A stretch of DNA of 26,294 bases from a virus (Duplodnaviria; Heunggongvirae; Uroviricota; Caudoviricetes): positions 1 to 26,294 of IMG/VR virus record IMGVR_UViG_2695420728_000009; one strand, written 5' to 3'. The position numbers and the translations under genes are program-made. Below the pieces are notes generated by a model. The model was not told the DNA's origin. It saw only the letters and a program-made list of their open reading frames with translations, and ran no database searches. Position 1 is the stretch's first letter; the number at the start of each line of letters is the position of its first letter. This document shows positions 1 to 7,744 of the stretch, one piece after another.

Positions 1-10
1 TCAGGAACAT
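1..10 (-). CDS. G: First codons of tail assembly chaperone gene G, running off the window edge
   Basis: Reverse complement of 1..25 reads GGAGAG, spacer, ATG TTC CTG (M-F-L), the expected lambda G start directly downstream of V. Too short to judge alone. Confidence 0.3.
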
Positions 11-25
11 CTCTGACTCTCCGGA

Positions 26-766
26 TTAACTGGCGGTGACGGTGATTTCTGCAACCGCAGCAAACTCACCATTACCGGATACGACCGGAATGTTGACCTT
101 ACCTGCAGCAACGCCATTCACGGTGATGGTCATACCACTGACCGACACGGTGGCTTTTGTTTTATCCGCTGACACCGCACGGAAGCTCTTGTCGGTTGCG
201 CCTTCCGGCTGGAATGCCACGGTCAGCGTGGTGCTCTGCCCTTTCACCACCGAAGTGCTGGCAGGCGTCACGGTCATGCCGGTTGCCGCTGTTACCGTGC
301 TGCGATCTTCTGCCATCGACGGACGTCCCACATTGGTGACCTTCACCGTGCGGGTAATCACTTCCTTCGCCGTCACCGCCTTACCGATACTGCTGACCCA
401 GCCACGGAACACATCGACCGTGCCGTTCGGGAAGCGGATTTTATAGGCACGGGTATCACCTTCATTAAACCACGCCAGCAGCGCCTGCTGCCCCTGCTCT
501 CCGGGCATCCACGCCAGCGTGAAGCTGGTATCTCCGGCAGATTTCTGCCCCTGCCCGGTCGCAGTCCAGTCTGCATCTTTATCATCGAGATAGCTGTCGT
601 CATAGGACTCAGCGGTCAGTTCGCCGGGCGTCAGGTCTTTAACTTTTGCCAGACGCGACCAGTCAACGTCTGAAAGCGGGTTCGCATAAGGGTCACCGCT
701 CCCCTTATAAACCCACAGGGTGGTCCCGGCACCTTTCACCGGCATTGTAGGATTTGGTACAGGCAT
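26..766 (-). CDS. V: Major tail tube protein V with C-terminal Ig-like domain
   Basis: ORF 26..796 matches lambda gpV ([22 protein letters not shown]...EITVTAS) essentially end to end. Start moved to the internal ATG at 764..766 (MPVPNPT); the 10 upstream codons are ORF-caller extension. Confidence 0.93.
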   Translation of the reverse strand: MPVPNPTMPVKGAGTTLWVYKGSGDPYANPLSDVDWSRLAKVKDLTPGELTAESYDDSYLDDKDADWTATGQGQKSAGDTSFTLAWMPGEQGQQALLAWFNEGDTRAYKIRFPNGTVDVFRGWVSSIGKAVTAKEVITRTVKVTNVGRPSMAEDRSTVTAATGMTVTPASTSVVKGQSTTLTVAFQPEGATDKSFRAVSADKTKATVSVSGMTITVNGVAAGKVNIPVVSGNGEFAAVAEITVTAS

Positions 767-773
767 AGCGTCC

Positions 774-1169
774 TCACATTTCATAGGTAATGACATAAGT
801 CAGATCGGCTGAACTCCACAGGCCCGCATCATCGTCGCGCCGGTAGTCATAGCCACTGGCCACCATACTGGTGATCAAATCTGACAGTGCCGGGATATCG
901 CTCATCACCGGATAAATCCGGGACTCCATCCACGCATCCAGCTCTGAATCCGGCACCTGAGCAGGCAGGAAAACTTCAATATGCAGCTCCGCCTGCCAGG
1001 TATCGCTGTCCAGCTCTTCGCCCGTGTATTCAGCGCCGGTGAGATAAACGGCAATTGCCGGAAAATCTTCCTCATCAAAAACAGCGGGGCGACCATCAAA
1101 AAGCGTCGCCCCGGTGTCATGCTTCTCCAGTGCATCCAGTACGGCTGCACGGAGTTCAGTATGTTTCAT
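774..1169 (-). CDS. U: Tail terminator protein U
   Basis: 131-aa translation ([22 protein letters not shown]...) matches lambda gpU in length and sequence; sits in the expected Z-U-V order. Confidence 0.93.
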   Translation of the reverse strand: MKHTELRAAVLDALEKHDTGATLFDGRPAVFDEEDFPAIAVYLTGAEYTGEELDSDTWQAELHIEVFLPAQVPDSELDAWMESRIYPVMSDIPALSDLITSMVASGYDYRRDDDAGLWSSADLTYVITYEM

Positions 1170-1744
1170 CGCTTTATTACCATCCTCAGTTGATGCTGCA
1201 GCGCATAGCCCAGCTCTTTCGGAAGACGCTCACGCCGTATCCGCTCAATATTCTGTTTAAACGCCGTGGTCAGCGGCACCGCCATCGGGATTTTCACCAC
1301 ATCAATGGGGTAACGGTTTTTCCCGGCCACACGCTGCATGACATGCCAGCGGCCATGTTTCAGTTGCTGAATAAACGCGCCGGGAATACGACGGTTTCCC
1401 ACCACAAGCACGCTGCCGCCACCTTTCAGGGCTGAACGCTGCCCCTTTTTACGACGCCTGCGTCGGGACAGGACAATCCGCGCGTTACCCAGCTTTATTA
1501 CGGGCAAATCCCCCCGGTTAACCTTGATTCTGGCCTGCGGATTTTTGACCGTGGCCCTTTTCAGCCTGGCCCTTTCCTTTACCAGTTTCCGGCGTACCTT
1601 TGTCTCACGGGCAACCTGTGACGCCGACTGCGATATCGCGGATGAAGCAACGCGGTTAATGGCCATTGCGGCGGCACCGGGCACCGCCGCTCTGCTGATA
1701 CGACTGAGGTTTTCAACGGCCTGCTCAAGACCTTTTATGGCCAT
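1166..1744 (-). CDS. Z: Tail completion protein Z
   Basis: 192-aa translation (MAIKGLEQAVENLSRISRAAVPG...) matches lambda gpZ; 4-nt overlap with U typical of the lambda late operon. Confidence 0.93.
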   Translation of the reverse strand: MAIKGLEQAVENLSRISRAAVPGAAAMAINRVASSAISQSASQVARETKVRRKLVKERARLKRATVKNPQARIKVNRGDLPVIKLGNARIVLSRRRRRKKGQRSALKGGGSVLVVGNRRIPGAFIQQLKHGRWHVMQRVAGKNRYPIDVVKIPMAVPLTTAFKQNIERIRRERLPKELGYALQHQLRMVIKR

Positions 1745-1755
1745 ACATCCCCCTT

Positions 1756-2109
1756 TCAGCGGCGACGGTTAACGGCAGGCGGTACGCCCCGCCCAAGCCA
1801 GAGATGACAGCTTCCGCCATCATCCGGCGAAATCCGGTCTATCCAGAAGTTTTCCTCACCGATGGTCAGCGTGTCGCCGCGCCGCAGCTGCCGCACATCA
1901 TCAGTCCGGACAAACAGGGACGGGCTGGAGCCTTCAACGCGCACGCCCTGTCCGGCATAGCTGATATTTTCAGGGTCATCAAAAACACCACGTATCACAG
2001 CACCGGACTGCTCACCGGATGTCATGGTGGCTGACGTTCCCATGTACCCGCGTATCGTTTCATCGGCGCGGGCAATGGCAGCATCGAACAGGTTATCGAA
2101 ATCAGCCAC
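1756..2109 (-). CDS. FII: Head-tail joining protein FII
   Basis: 117-aa translation (MADFDNLFDAAIARADETIRGYMG...) matches lambda gpFII. Confidence 0.93.
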   Translation of the reverse strand: MADFDNLFDAAIARADETIRGYMGTSATMTSGEQSGAVIRGVFDDPENISYAGQGVRVEGSSPSLFVRTDDVRQLRRGDTLTIGEENFWIDRISPDDGGSCHLWLGRGVPPAVNRRR

Positions 2110-2120
2110 AGCGCCTCCCG

Positions 2121-2516
2121 TTATTGCATTCTGGCCAGGCCGCGCTCTGTCATTTCAGCTGACACACCGGCAGAGACACGGAACGCCGTTCCCGGCAGCA
2201 CAAATGCCACAGCCTCATCCCGCGTGGCGTGAAGTGCATCAGTATGCAGCGTCACCAGTGCCACAACCGTGACCAGATCAGCCGTATCAGTCACGGTATC
2301 CGGCTGCGCTGATACAACCTCATTTTCATGTCCGGTCAGCGCATTTTCCGGGCTGACAGATGTGTCCTGACCGGCAGCGTCATCCGTGTCATCAAGCTCC
2401 TCTTCCAGCTCTGCCACACGGAGCACCAGTTCTTCTTTCGTCCCCGTCAGGCTGACATCACGGTTCAGTTGCTCACCCAGCACCTGAAGACGGGCAATCA
2501 GTTCATCTTTCGTCAT
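2121..2516 (-). CDS. FI: DNA packaging / head completion protein FI
   Basis: ORF 2121..2555 contains lambda gpFI (MTKDELIARL...ERGLARMQ). True start taken as the ATG at 2514..2516, preceded by GGAGGAG; the 13 upstream codons are extension. Confidence 0.88.
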   Translation of the reverse strand: MTKDELIARLQVLGEQLNRDVSLTGTKEELVLRVAELEEELDDTDDAAGQDTSVSPENALTGHENEVVSAQPDTVTDTADLVTVVALVTLHTDALHATRDEAVAFVLPGTAFRVSAGVSAEMTERGLARMQ

Positions 2517-2557
2517 AGACTCCTCCACAGAGAGAAAATGGCCCCGAAGGGCCATGA

Positions 2558-3348
2558 TTACGCCAGTTGTACGGACACGAACGCATCAGGGTCAGCCAGC
2601 AGCATCAGCGGTGCTGACTGAATCATGGTGAACTCACGCGCCGGATCGCCGGTGGTCACCCAGTTTTTCGGGTAGCGGGCAGAGGCGTTAATACCTTCGC
2701 GCTGTGCGTCCGCATCCTGAATGCAGCCATAGGTGCGCAGACCGCGTGCCTGAGAGTTCCCCAGCACCATCGTGTTGTCCGGAAGGAAGTTCTTTTTGAC
2801 GTCGTTTTCCACGTACTGTCCGGAATACACGACGATCGCCGTATCGCCATACATCCCCTTATAGGACACCGCTTCGCCCAGGTCTTTTACCGCTGTCTCC
2901 AGCTCGGAATTAGAGCCGCGACGGGTATCCAGCTTCTCCTTGACGGCTTTGAAGGAACGGAACAGCGCCCAGCCTTTCGGATCAAACACGATGATATTCA
3001 CCACTCCGCTGGCGTTCAGCGCATAGGCTTCGATATCGTCGGTCGGGTCATACGTGGACTTGTCACGCTTGCTCCACTCCGTACCACCGGACTGTGTGAT
3101 GTTGTTCGCCGCACTGCGGCCCATATCCACCTCAACCGGATCGAAGGCTTCACCGGTCATGGTGTATTTGCCCTTAAGCACAGCAGAAACTGCCTGCATC
3201 TCTTCGACCTGAGCAATGGCCAGCTCTTCGTCTCGCATGTTCTGCATGATGATGCGACGGCGGCGGTAAGCCGGGTCCGCCAGATTCTGCGGATCTTCAT
3301 CCGGCAGGCGACGCAGGGTCATCTGCGGATTCACCTCATGCTTCGGCT
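2558..3348 (-). pseudogene. E: 3' fragment of major capsid gene E (codon ~83 to native stop), separated from its 5' part by the inserted element
   Basis: Translation (V)NPQMTLRRLPDEDPQNLADPAYRRRR...FVSVQLA matches lambda gpE residues ~83-341. In-frame upstream codons give P-K-H-E-V and then a TAG at 3347..3349 where E should continue. The ORF caller's start is a GTG inside E. Confidence 0.9.
3339..3348. repeat. Left copy of the 10-bp direct repeat TGCTTCGGCT (attL-type core) at the element/E junction
   Basis: Exact 10-mer at 3339..3348 and 14528..14537, each precisely where E homology breaks; its reverse complement lies within the E codons K-P-K-H. Confidence 0.75.
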
Positions 3349-3424
3349 ACATGAGTCAAATATGAAAGGATGTGAATGATTTGATTACGTTTTAGCTATA
3401 GAATTGAAATGGAAAATCCTTGAA

Positions 3425-3445
3425 TGCAATACAACGTGCAATACA
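3425..3445 (+). promoter_or_regulatory. Tandem pair of TGCAATACA motifs (12-bp period) near the left end; candidate integrase arm-type sites
   Basis: TGCAATACA at 3425..3433 and 3437..3445. The same tandem pair in the same orientation occurs at 14380..14399 near the other end, between the int start and the right junction. Confidence 0.35.
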
Positions 3446-3482
3446 TGGATGAAAACCATCACTCATTTAACAAGAGGAATCT

Positions 3483-4388
3483 ATGCGCTCACCCAACAGA
3501 ATGCATGAACGCTCAACATTTTATAAGTATATGTCGTTGAATACCGCGAAGATTGTTCTTGATTCATGCAGCCTTAGATGGAGTTCTCCGGTCCTATTTA
3601 ATGACCCTTTTGATGTTCCAAGAGAAGTTATGCCTGGTATTAACGAAATTAATATTGGCAAAGCTTTAGCCCGCAAGTTAATAGCGGAGTTGATTACCCC
3701 CAGAGAAGACATACAAAATTTAAACCCTAGAATTAGAACAATGCTAAGTGATTTCCAAAAGTCATTTCCTTTAGGCATACCCGCAGGATTAATTGAAAGA
3801 TTTCAAGAAATGGTAAACATTCCACCAGTTGGGATTGGCGCTCCTGCGGCAATACAAGAAATGAAAGATGTCTGGCGAGGAATGCTTAATAACAGAAGGA
3901 TTTTGTGTTTATCTGAGAGCCCTATAATCACTCCTATGTGGAATCACTATGCCGATAAATATAAAGGTATAGTTATCGAATTGGATTGTGTAGACTTTCT
4001 GGATAGCGCTTGGTTAATAGCCAAACCTATGAAATACACAGATGAAATGCCTCTAACTCACACTGCTGAAGGGATGGCCGAGTTGCTTTTCATGCCAGAC
4101 AATAAGTCAATTGAATATATCAATAATGAGATAATATTCATAAAAACAGAAGAATGGGCATATGAAAGAGAGTGGAGAATTTCAACCTACGCTAGGCCAA
4201 ATAGCACTGGTCAATATAGCGACTTAAAATTTCACCCTTTTGAGTTAAAATCTGTAATACTTGGTCCTCTTTTTGATGCCAGCGAGTTCGATGAAGTCGC
4301 ATCACTAGTTAAAATGTATCCAAGAGCGAAATTATTTAAAAGTTCATTTGGGAACGACAGAAAAATATCCATAGTACCACTACCTTAA
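3483..4388 (+). CDS. DUF2971-like protein (function unknown), AT-rich cargo gene
   Basis: 301-aa ORF with N-terminal FYKY...LFNDPFD and C-terminal EREWR motifs that I recall as DUF2971 hallmarks. Markedly AT-rich relative to neighbours; convergent with the packaging module. Confidence 0.55.
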   Translation: MRSPNRMHERSTFYKYMSLNTAKIVLDSCSLRWSSPVLFNDPFDVPREVMPGINEINIGKALARKLIAELITPREDIQNLNPRIRTMLSDFQKSFPLGIPAGLIERFQEMVNIPPVGIGAPAAIQEMKDVWRGMLNNRRILCLSESPIITPMWNHYADKYKGIVIELDCVDFLDSAWLIAKPMKYTDEMPLTHTAEGMAELLFMPDNKSIEYINNEIIFIKTEEWAYEREWRISTYARPNSTGQYSDLKFHPFELKSVILGPLFDASEFDEVASLVKMYPRAKLFKSSFGNDRKISIVPLP

Positions 4389-4419
4389 AAGGTCAAATGC
4401 TTTTGACAAATAAAATCTA

Positions 4420-4445
4420 TCGCCAGTTTTACTGGCGACTTTTAA
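4420..4445. terminator. Hairpin between convergent genes (DUF2971-like and Nu1-like); likely bidirectional terminator
   Basis: TCGCCAGT-TTT-ACTGGCGA perfect 8-bp stem at 4420..4438 followed by CTTTTAA, with an A/T run on the other side. Confidence 0.5.
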
Positions 4446-4494
4446 GCAACAAAGAACCACCTAAGCACTCTTCCTACCTATGGTTTCATTTGTT

Positions 4495-5046
4495 TTAACT
4501 TCGCTGATTATCCTTGATATACCTTTCAGCCATATCTGGAATGTTATCTGAGATCTGGTAAGCTCGAATAAATGCTTTACTGACCTCCATCTTAATGAAG
4601 TCCTGATACCGTTTTTCCATGCCAGGAAACTGTCGACAGATCGCAAGTGGAAGACTATCAATGATTGCTCCAACTTCCCCAGTTAATTTCGACAAGGCAT
4701 AAGTCGCAAATGCAGTGTCAATTACCTCACCTGTTTCGCTGGCATTCTTCAGTTCCTGTGCGTCGGCCTGCGCACGCGTAAGTCGATGGCGTTCGTACTC
4801 AATAGTCCCTGGCTGGAGATCTGTCTCGCTGGCCTGCCGCAGTTCTTCAACTTCCCGGCGCAGCTTTTCGTTCTCAATTTCAGCATCCCTTTCGGCATAC
4901 CATCTTATAACGGCGGCAGAGTCATAAAGCACCTCATTACCCTTGCCACCGCCTCGCAGAACGGGCATTCCCTGTTCCTGCCAGTTCTGAATGGTACGGA
5001 TACTCGCACCGAAAATGTCAGCCAGCTGCTTTTTGTTGACTTCCAT
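4495..5046 (-). CDS. Satellite small terminase subunit, Nu1-like: N-terminal ~100 aa near-identical to helper Nu1, C-terminal domain diverged
   Basis: 183-aa translation MEVNKKQLADIFGASIRTIQNWQEQGMPVLRGGG... differs from the helper Nu1 (20171..20716) at 2 of the first ~100 residues, then diverges (NASETGEVIDTAF... versus NARDSAEVVETAF...). No large terminase gene follows. Confidence 0.85.
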   Translation of the reverse strand: MEVNKKQLADIFGASIRTIQNWQEQGMPVLRGGGKGNEVLYDSAAVIRWYAERDAEIENEKLRREVEELRQASETDLQPGTIEYERHRLTRAQADAQELKNASETGEVIDTAFATYALSKLTGEVGAIIDSLPLAICRQFPGMEKRYQDFIKMEVSKAFIRAYQISDNIPDMAERYIKDNQRS

Positions 5047-5270
5047 TGTTCATTCCACGGACAAAAACAGAGAAAGGAAACGACAGAGGCCAAAAAGCTC
5101 GCTTTCAGCACCTGTCGTTTCCTTTCTTTTCAGGGGGTATTTTAAATAAAAACATTAAGTTACGACGAAGAAGAACGGAAACGCCTTAAACCGGAAAATT
5201 TTCATAAATAGCGAAAATCCGCGCGCCTGACGCCCCGTAGCCTGTCAGATCGCCGGAAAGGACCCGCCAG
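5047..5270 (-). other. cos-like packaging site of the satellite: cosB copy with variant cosN
   Basis: 5047..5220 is identical to helper 20717..20890 apart from a single base in the R3 element. R-type TerS sites seen at 5071..5086, 5114..5129 and ~5192..5203. The cosN-equivalent 12-mer (5224..5235, CGCCTGACGCCC) differs from the helper's AGGTCGCCGCCC at 5 of 12 positions. Confidence 0.7.
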
Positions 5271-5291
5271 CCAGAGCGGGCCCTAATTTCA

Positions 5292-5675
5292 TCAACCAAT
5301 CAGCTTATAGCGACCATCCCGTGCATTGCGGCGTACACGCTCAATCTTGAGGCATAGCGCCGCATCTGGCTTTTTTGGGACAGGTACGCGGCAATATTCA
5401 GAAGCGCGAGGAATATTATTTATCCAGTCGATCACTTCACTTAAATACCAGGCCTTACGCCCTTCCGTAACCTGCACACGCTCCGGGAACTCTCCACTAG
5501 CCTCAAGGTTTAGCAGTGTACGCCGACTCAGGGTTGTAATTTCCATCACCTGATTCATATCAACAAGGCGCTCGCTTAAACACATTTTGTCAGCGATAGC
5601 TTTTAATTCCTCTACAGCTGGATTCGGGTACATCATTTCGGCAATTGGCTTAAGGTCATTGTAATCATTTTGCAT
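5292..5675 (-). CDS. AlpA/Xis-family HTH protein with N- and C-terminal extensions
   Basis: 127-aa ORF; core MNQVMEITTLSRRTLLNLEASGEFPERVQVTEGRKAWYLSEVIDWI matches the AlpA (MerR-like winged HTH) pattern. Ends 2 bp from the cos region. Confidence 0.55.
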   Translation of the reverse strand: MQNDYNDLKPIAEMMYPNPAVEELKAIADKMCLSERLVDMNQVMEITTLSRRTLLNLEASGEFPERVQVTEGRKAWYLSEVIDWINNIPRASEYCRVPVPKKPDAALCLKIERVRRNARDGRYKLIG

Positions 5676-5686
5676 TGTATCCCCCT

Positions 5687-6028
5687 TTACACACGAGCCA
5701 GCGGCTGAACAGAAATACCTGAGCCAACAAACGCTGCAATCTTTACTGACAGTTCTTTTACAGACTCAGGCCAGTTCAGAGCATCAACATTTAAGACACC
5801 TGTCTTATAGACCTGAGCCTGTGTTTTTTTCGCGGTGTCGATTTGTACAGCGGAAACATAAACCGCTTTACCTACGCTCGAACCATCCCATACCACCAGT
5901 GCACCTGTTGCATCTTCCTGCATCAGTGGCGTAAATGCAGGAATTACCCCTTTATTAGCTGAAAATATCCCCAGCGTAGTCACCAGTGCTTCAGTGCCAG
6001 CCATGAGTTCAGTGTAATGAGTAGCCAT
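5687..6028 (-). CDS. Head decoration protein, lambda gpD-like (diverged)
   Basis: 113-aa ORF; PLMQEDATGALVVWDGSS...YKTGVLNVDALNWPE...AAFVGSGISV aligns with lambda gp[19 protein letters not shown]...[15 protein letters not shown]...[10 protein letters not shown]. Confidence 0.75.
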   Translation of the reverse strand: MATHYTELMAGTEALVTTLGIFSANKGVIPAFTPLMQEDATGALVVWDGSSVGKAVYVSAVQIDTAKKTQAQVYKTGVLNVDALNWPESVKELSVKIAAFVGSGISVQPLARV

Positions 6029-6037
6029 TGCTCCCCC

Positions 6038-7084
6038 TTAGCCAATGCGAACGGTAACAAAACGATTGATGCGGGCCGGTATTGGCTGTGGTGCTGAATG
6101 TGTCTGCACATATTCAATAGCCGGATCACCAGGCACAATATAGTTTTTCGGTGCAAGTTCGGCTTTAGTCAGCCCCATTCGGATTAGCTCCGGATCCTGA
6201 ATACCGCCATAGGCGACAATCCCCTGAAGAGCCGTATTGCCAAGCACCATCAAATCAGGATCAAGGAAATGTTTTTCAGTTCCGTCCTCGTCGGTATAAC
6301 GCCCGCTGTAAACAACAATCGCAACATCGCCCATATATCCTTTAAAACTCACCGAATCACCAAGGTCTTTAAGGGCCGTTTCCAGTTCGGAATTAGAACC
6401 ACGACGGGTATCCAGAGCCTCTTTTATCGCTCTGAATGAACGGTATTTCTTCCATACATTACCGCCCATAATGATGATATTAGTGACGCCCTCACTAAAT
6501 TCTGCGTAGCTCTCAATATCATCATTTGGATCAAAAGTTTCTTTATCCTTACCTGACCACTCAGTACCGCCAGACTGAGTGATGATATTTTGTGGTTTAA
6601 TATTCCAGTCCAGCTCATAACGTTCAATACCATCGCCCTCAATGATATTTTTCCCCGTTGTGATTGCCTGAACGGCAAGCCATTCAATACGTGCACGAAT
6701 AGCTTTAGCTTGATTTACAATCGCCTGTTTAACTTTAATATTACGCGCCCCAAAAGCATTGTATTGCTCAGGTGATACACCAGCAGGGCGCACAGCTAAC
6801 TTATTTGGATCAATGCTGCTTTTCGGCTTCATATAGCCTGGACGAATTGTTTTTGATTCGTACCCTTCGTCACGTGAAACTTTACTACCCACCATAGGAG
6901 AACAAAACGCTGCAATTGGGATATTTGGATCGTCGATTGTATCAAGAATAATATCGCGCGATCCAAACATTACCGAGCGAGTAAAAAACAAACTGGTAAA
7001 CAACGCATTTAGTTGTTTTTGTACATCTACAGCATTAACCACCTGTACAAGCTGGGTAGGCGAATATAAATCAACCATACGCAT
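6038..7084 (-). CDS. Major capsid protein, lambda gpE-like (diverged; roughly half identical by eye in the C-terminal region)
   Basis: ORF 6038..7291 aligns with lambda gpE over most of its length (e.g. ITQSGGTEWSGKDKETFDPNDDIESYA... versus ITQSGGTEWSKRDKSTYDPTDDIEAYA...; TRRGSNSELETA in both). Start set at ATG 7082..7084 (MRMVDLY, matching lambda MSMYTT). Starts at 7078 or 7099 are also possible; the longer N-terminal extension has no homology. Confidence 0.85.
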   Translation of the reverse strand: MRMVDLYSPTQLVQVVNAVDVQKQLNALFTSLFFTRSVMFGSRDIILDTIDDPNIPIAAFCSPMVGSKVSRDEGYESKTIRPGYMKPKSSIDPNKLAVRPAGVSPEQYNAFGARNIKVKQAIVNQAKAIRARIEWLAVQAITTGKNIIEGDGIERYELDWNIKPQNIITQSGGTEWSGKDKETFDPNDDIESYAEFSEGVTNIIIMGGNVWKKYRSFRAIKEALDTRRGSNSELETALKDLGDSVSFKGYMGDVAIVVYSGRYTDEDGTEKHFLDPDLMVLGNTALQGIVAYGGIQDPELIRMGLTKAELAPKNYIVPGDPAIEYVQTHSAPQPIPARINRFVTVRIG

Positions 7085-7252
7085 CCTCTTTGCATTCATT
7101 AAAAATAATTGTGGATATATGCTATCACCGATATTTGTCATGCGAACACATGCAACCGAGTGCAATGTTGTATAAAGTTTTGGGGTGACAACTTCAGTGC
7201 GGACAATTAGTGTTAATATCTTCACTCCCTTTGGTCGGGATTTATGTAGCAT

Positions 7253-7283
7253 GCCGGAAAATTTATTTTTTCCGGCTTTTTTT
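7253..7283 (+). terminator. Strong hairpin followed by a T-tract, oriented antisense to the surrounding minus-strand operon
   Basis: GCCGGAAAA-TTTATT-TTTTCCGGC (9-bp stem) followed by TTTTTTT at 7277..7283. No plus-strand gene lies upstream, so its role is unclear. Confidence 0.4.
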
Positions 7284-7294
7284 ATTGGCAATAT

Positions 7295-7744
7295 TTAAAA
7301 CGGGATATCATCTCCCCATTGCTCATTATCTCCCTCTGGTGGCTGGCTTCCTTGCTGATCTGCCTGTTGTTTTGCTCTGTTCAGTGCGTCAGTAGCCTGC
7401 CCCTGTTGGCCTTTTTTGCCGCCCGGTCGCACCGATCGCGCACTGATTACGCTGTCTGCGATAACCTGCCAGCCCTGCCGCGTTTCGCCGTTCTGTCCAG
7501 TCCACTGGCTCATCTGCATGTTACCCGCCACGCTCAGGAGTTCGCCTTTGTGATGCTTTGCCAGCGCGTCGGCTTGTCTGCCAAACGCCAGGACAGATAA
7601 CCACAACGTCGCCAGACCGTCATCCGACTGACTGCAGGGCAGTGATACCGCCATACGCGCCAGCGTCATGGGGGTGCCCTTGCTGGTCTGTTTTGTCTGC
7701 GGGTCGTCCACCAACCGCCCGTAAACTGATATTTGCGCCGTCAT
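7295..7744 (-). CDS. ssb: Single-stranded DNA-binding protein (SSB)
   Basis: 149-aa ORF with OB-fold-like N-terminus, Gly/Gln-rich linker and the characteristic acidic C-terminal tail ...DDIPF. Confidence 0.85.
   Translation of the reverse strand: MTAQISVYGRLVDDPQTKQTSKGTPMTLARMAVSLPCSQSDDGLATLWLSVLAFGRQADALAKHHKGELLSVAGNMQMSQWTGQNGETRQGWQVIADSVISARSVRPGGKKGQQGQATDALNRAKQQADQQGSQPPEGDNEQWGDDIPF

Noticed and set aside
36-446. Plus-strand ORFs antisense to the late genes V, U, Z, A, B and C (e.g. 36..446, 1055..1435, 15812..16303, 17637..18023, 18565..19041, 19777..20136)
   Set aside because: They lie entirely within well-supported minus-strand lambda genes, have no ribosome-binding sites or recognisable products, and are the kind of antisense open frame expected opposite real genes.
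4715-4927. ORFs antisense to Nu1 in both copies (4715..4927, 4786..5145, 20235..20597, 20276..20815), with near-identical translations
   Set aside because: Their conservation is a by-product of the duplicated Nu1/cos block; they overlap Nu1 on the opposite strand and have no independent support.
6038-7291. Full 417-aa version of the E-like ORF beginning MPIKKAGKNK
   Set aside because: The first ~69 codons have no homology to gpE and cover what looks like the upstream intergenic region; homology to the lambda gpE N-terminus begins at MRMVDLY.
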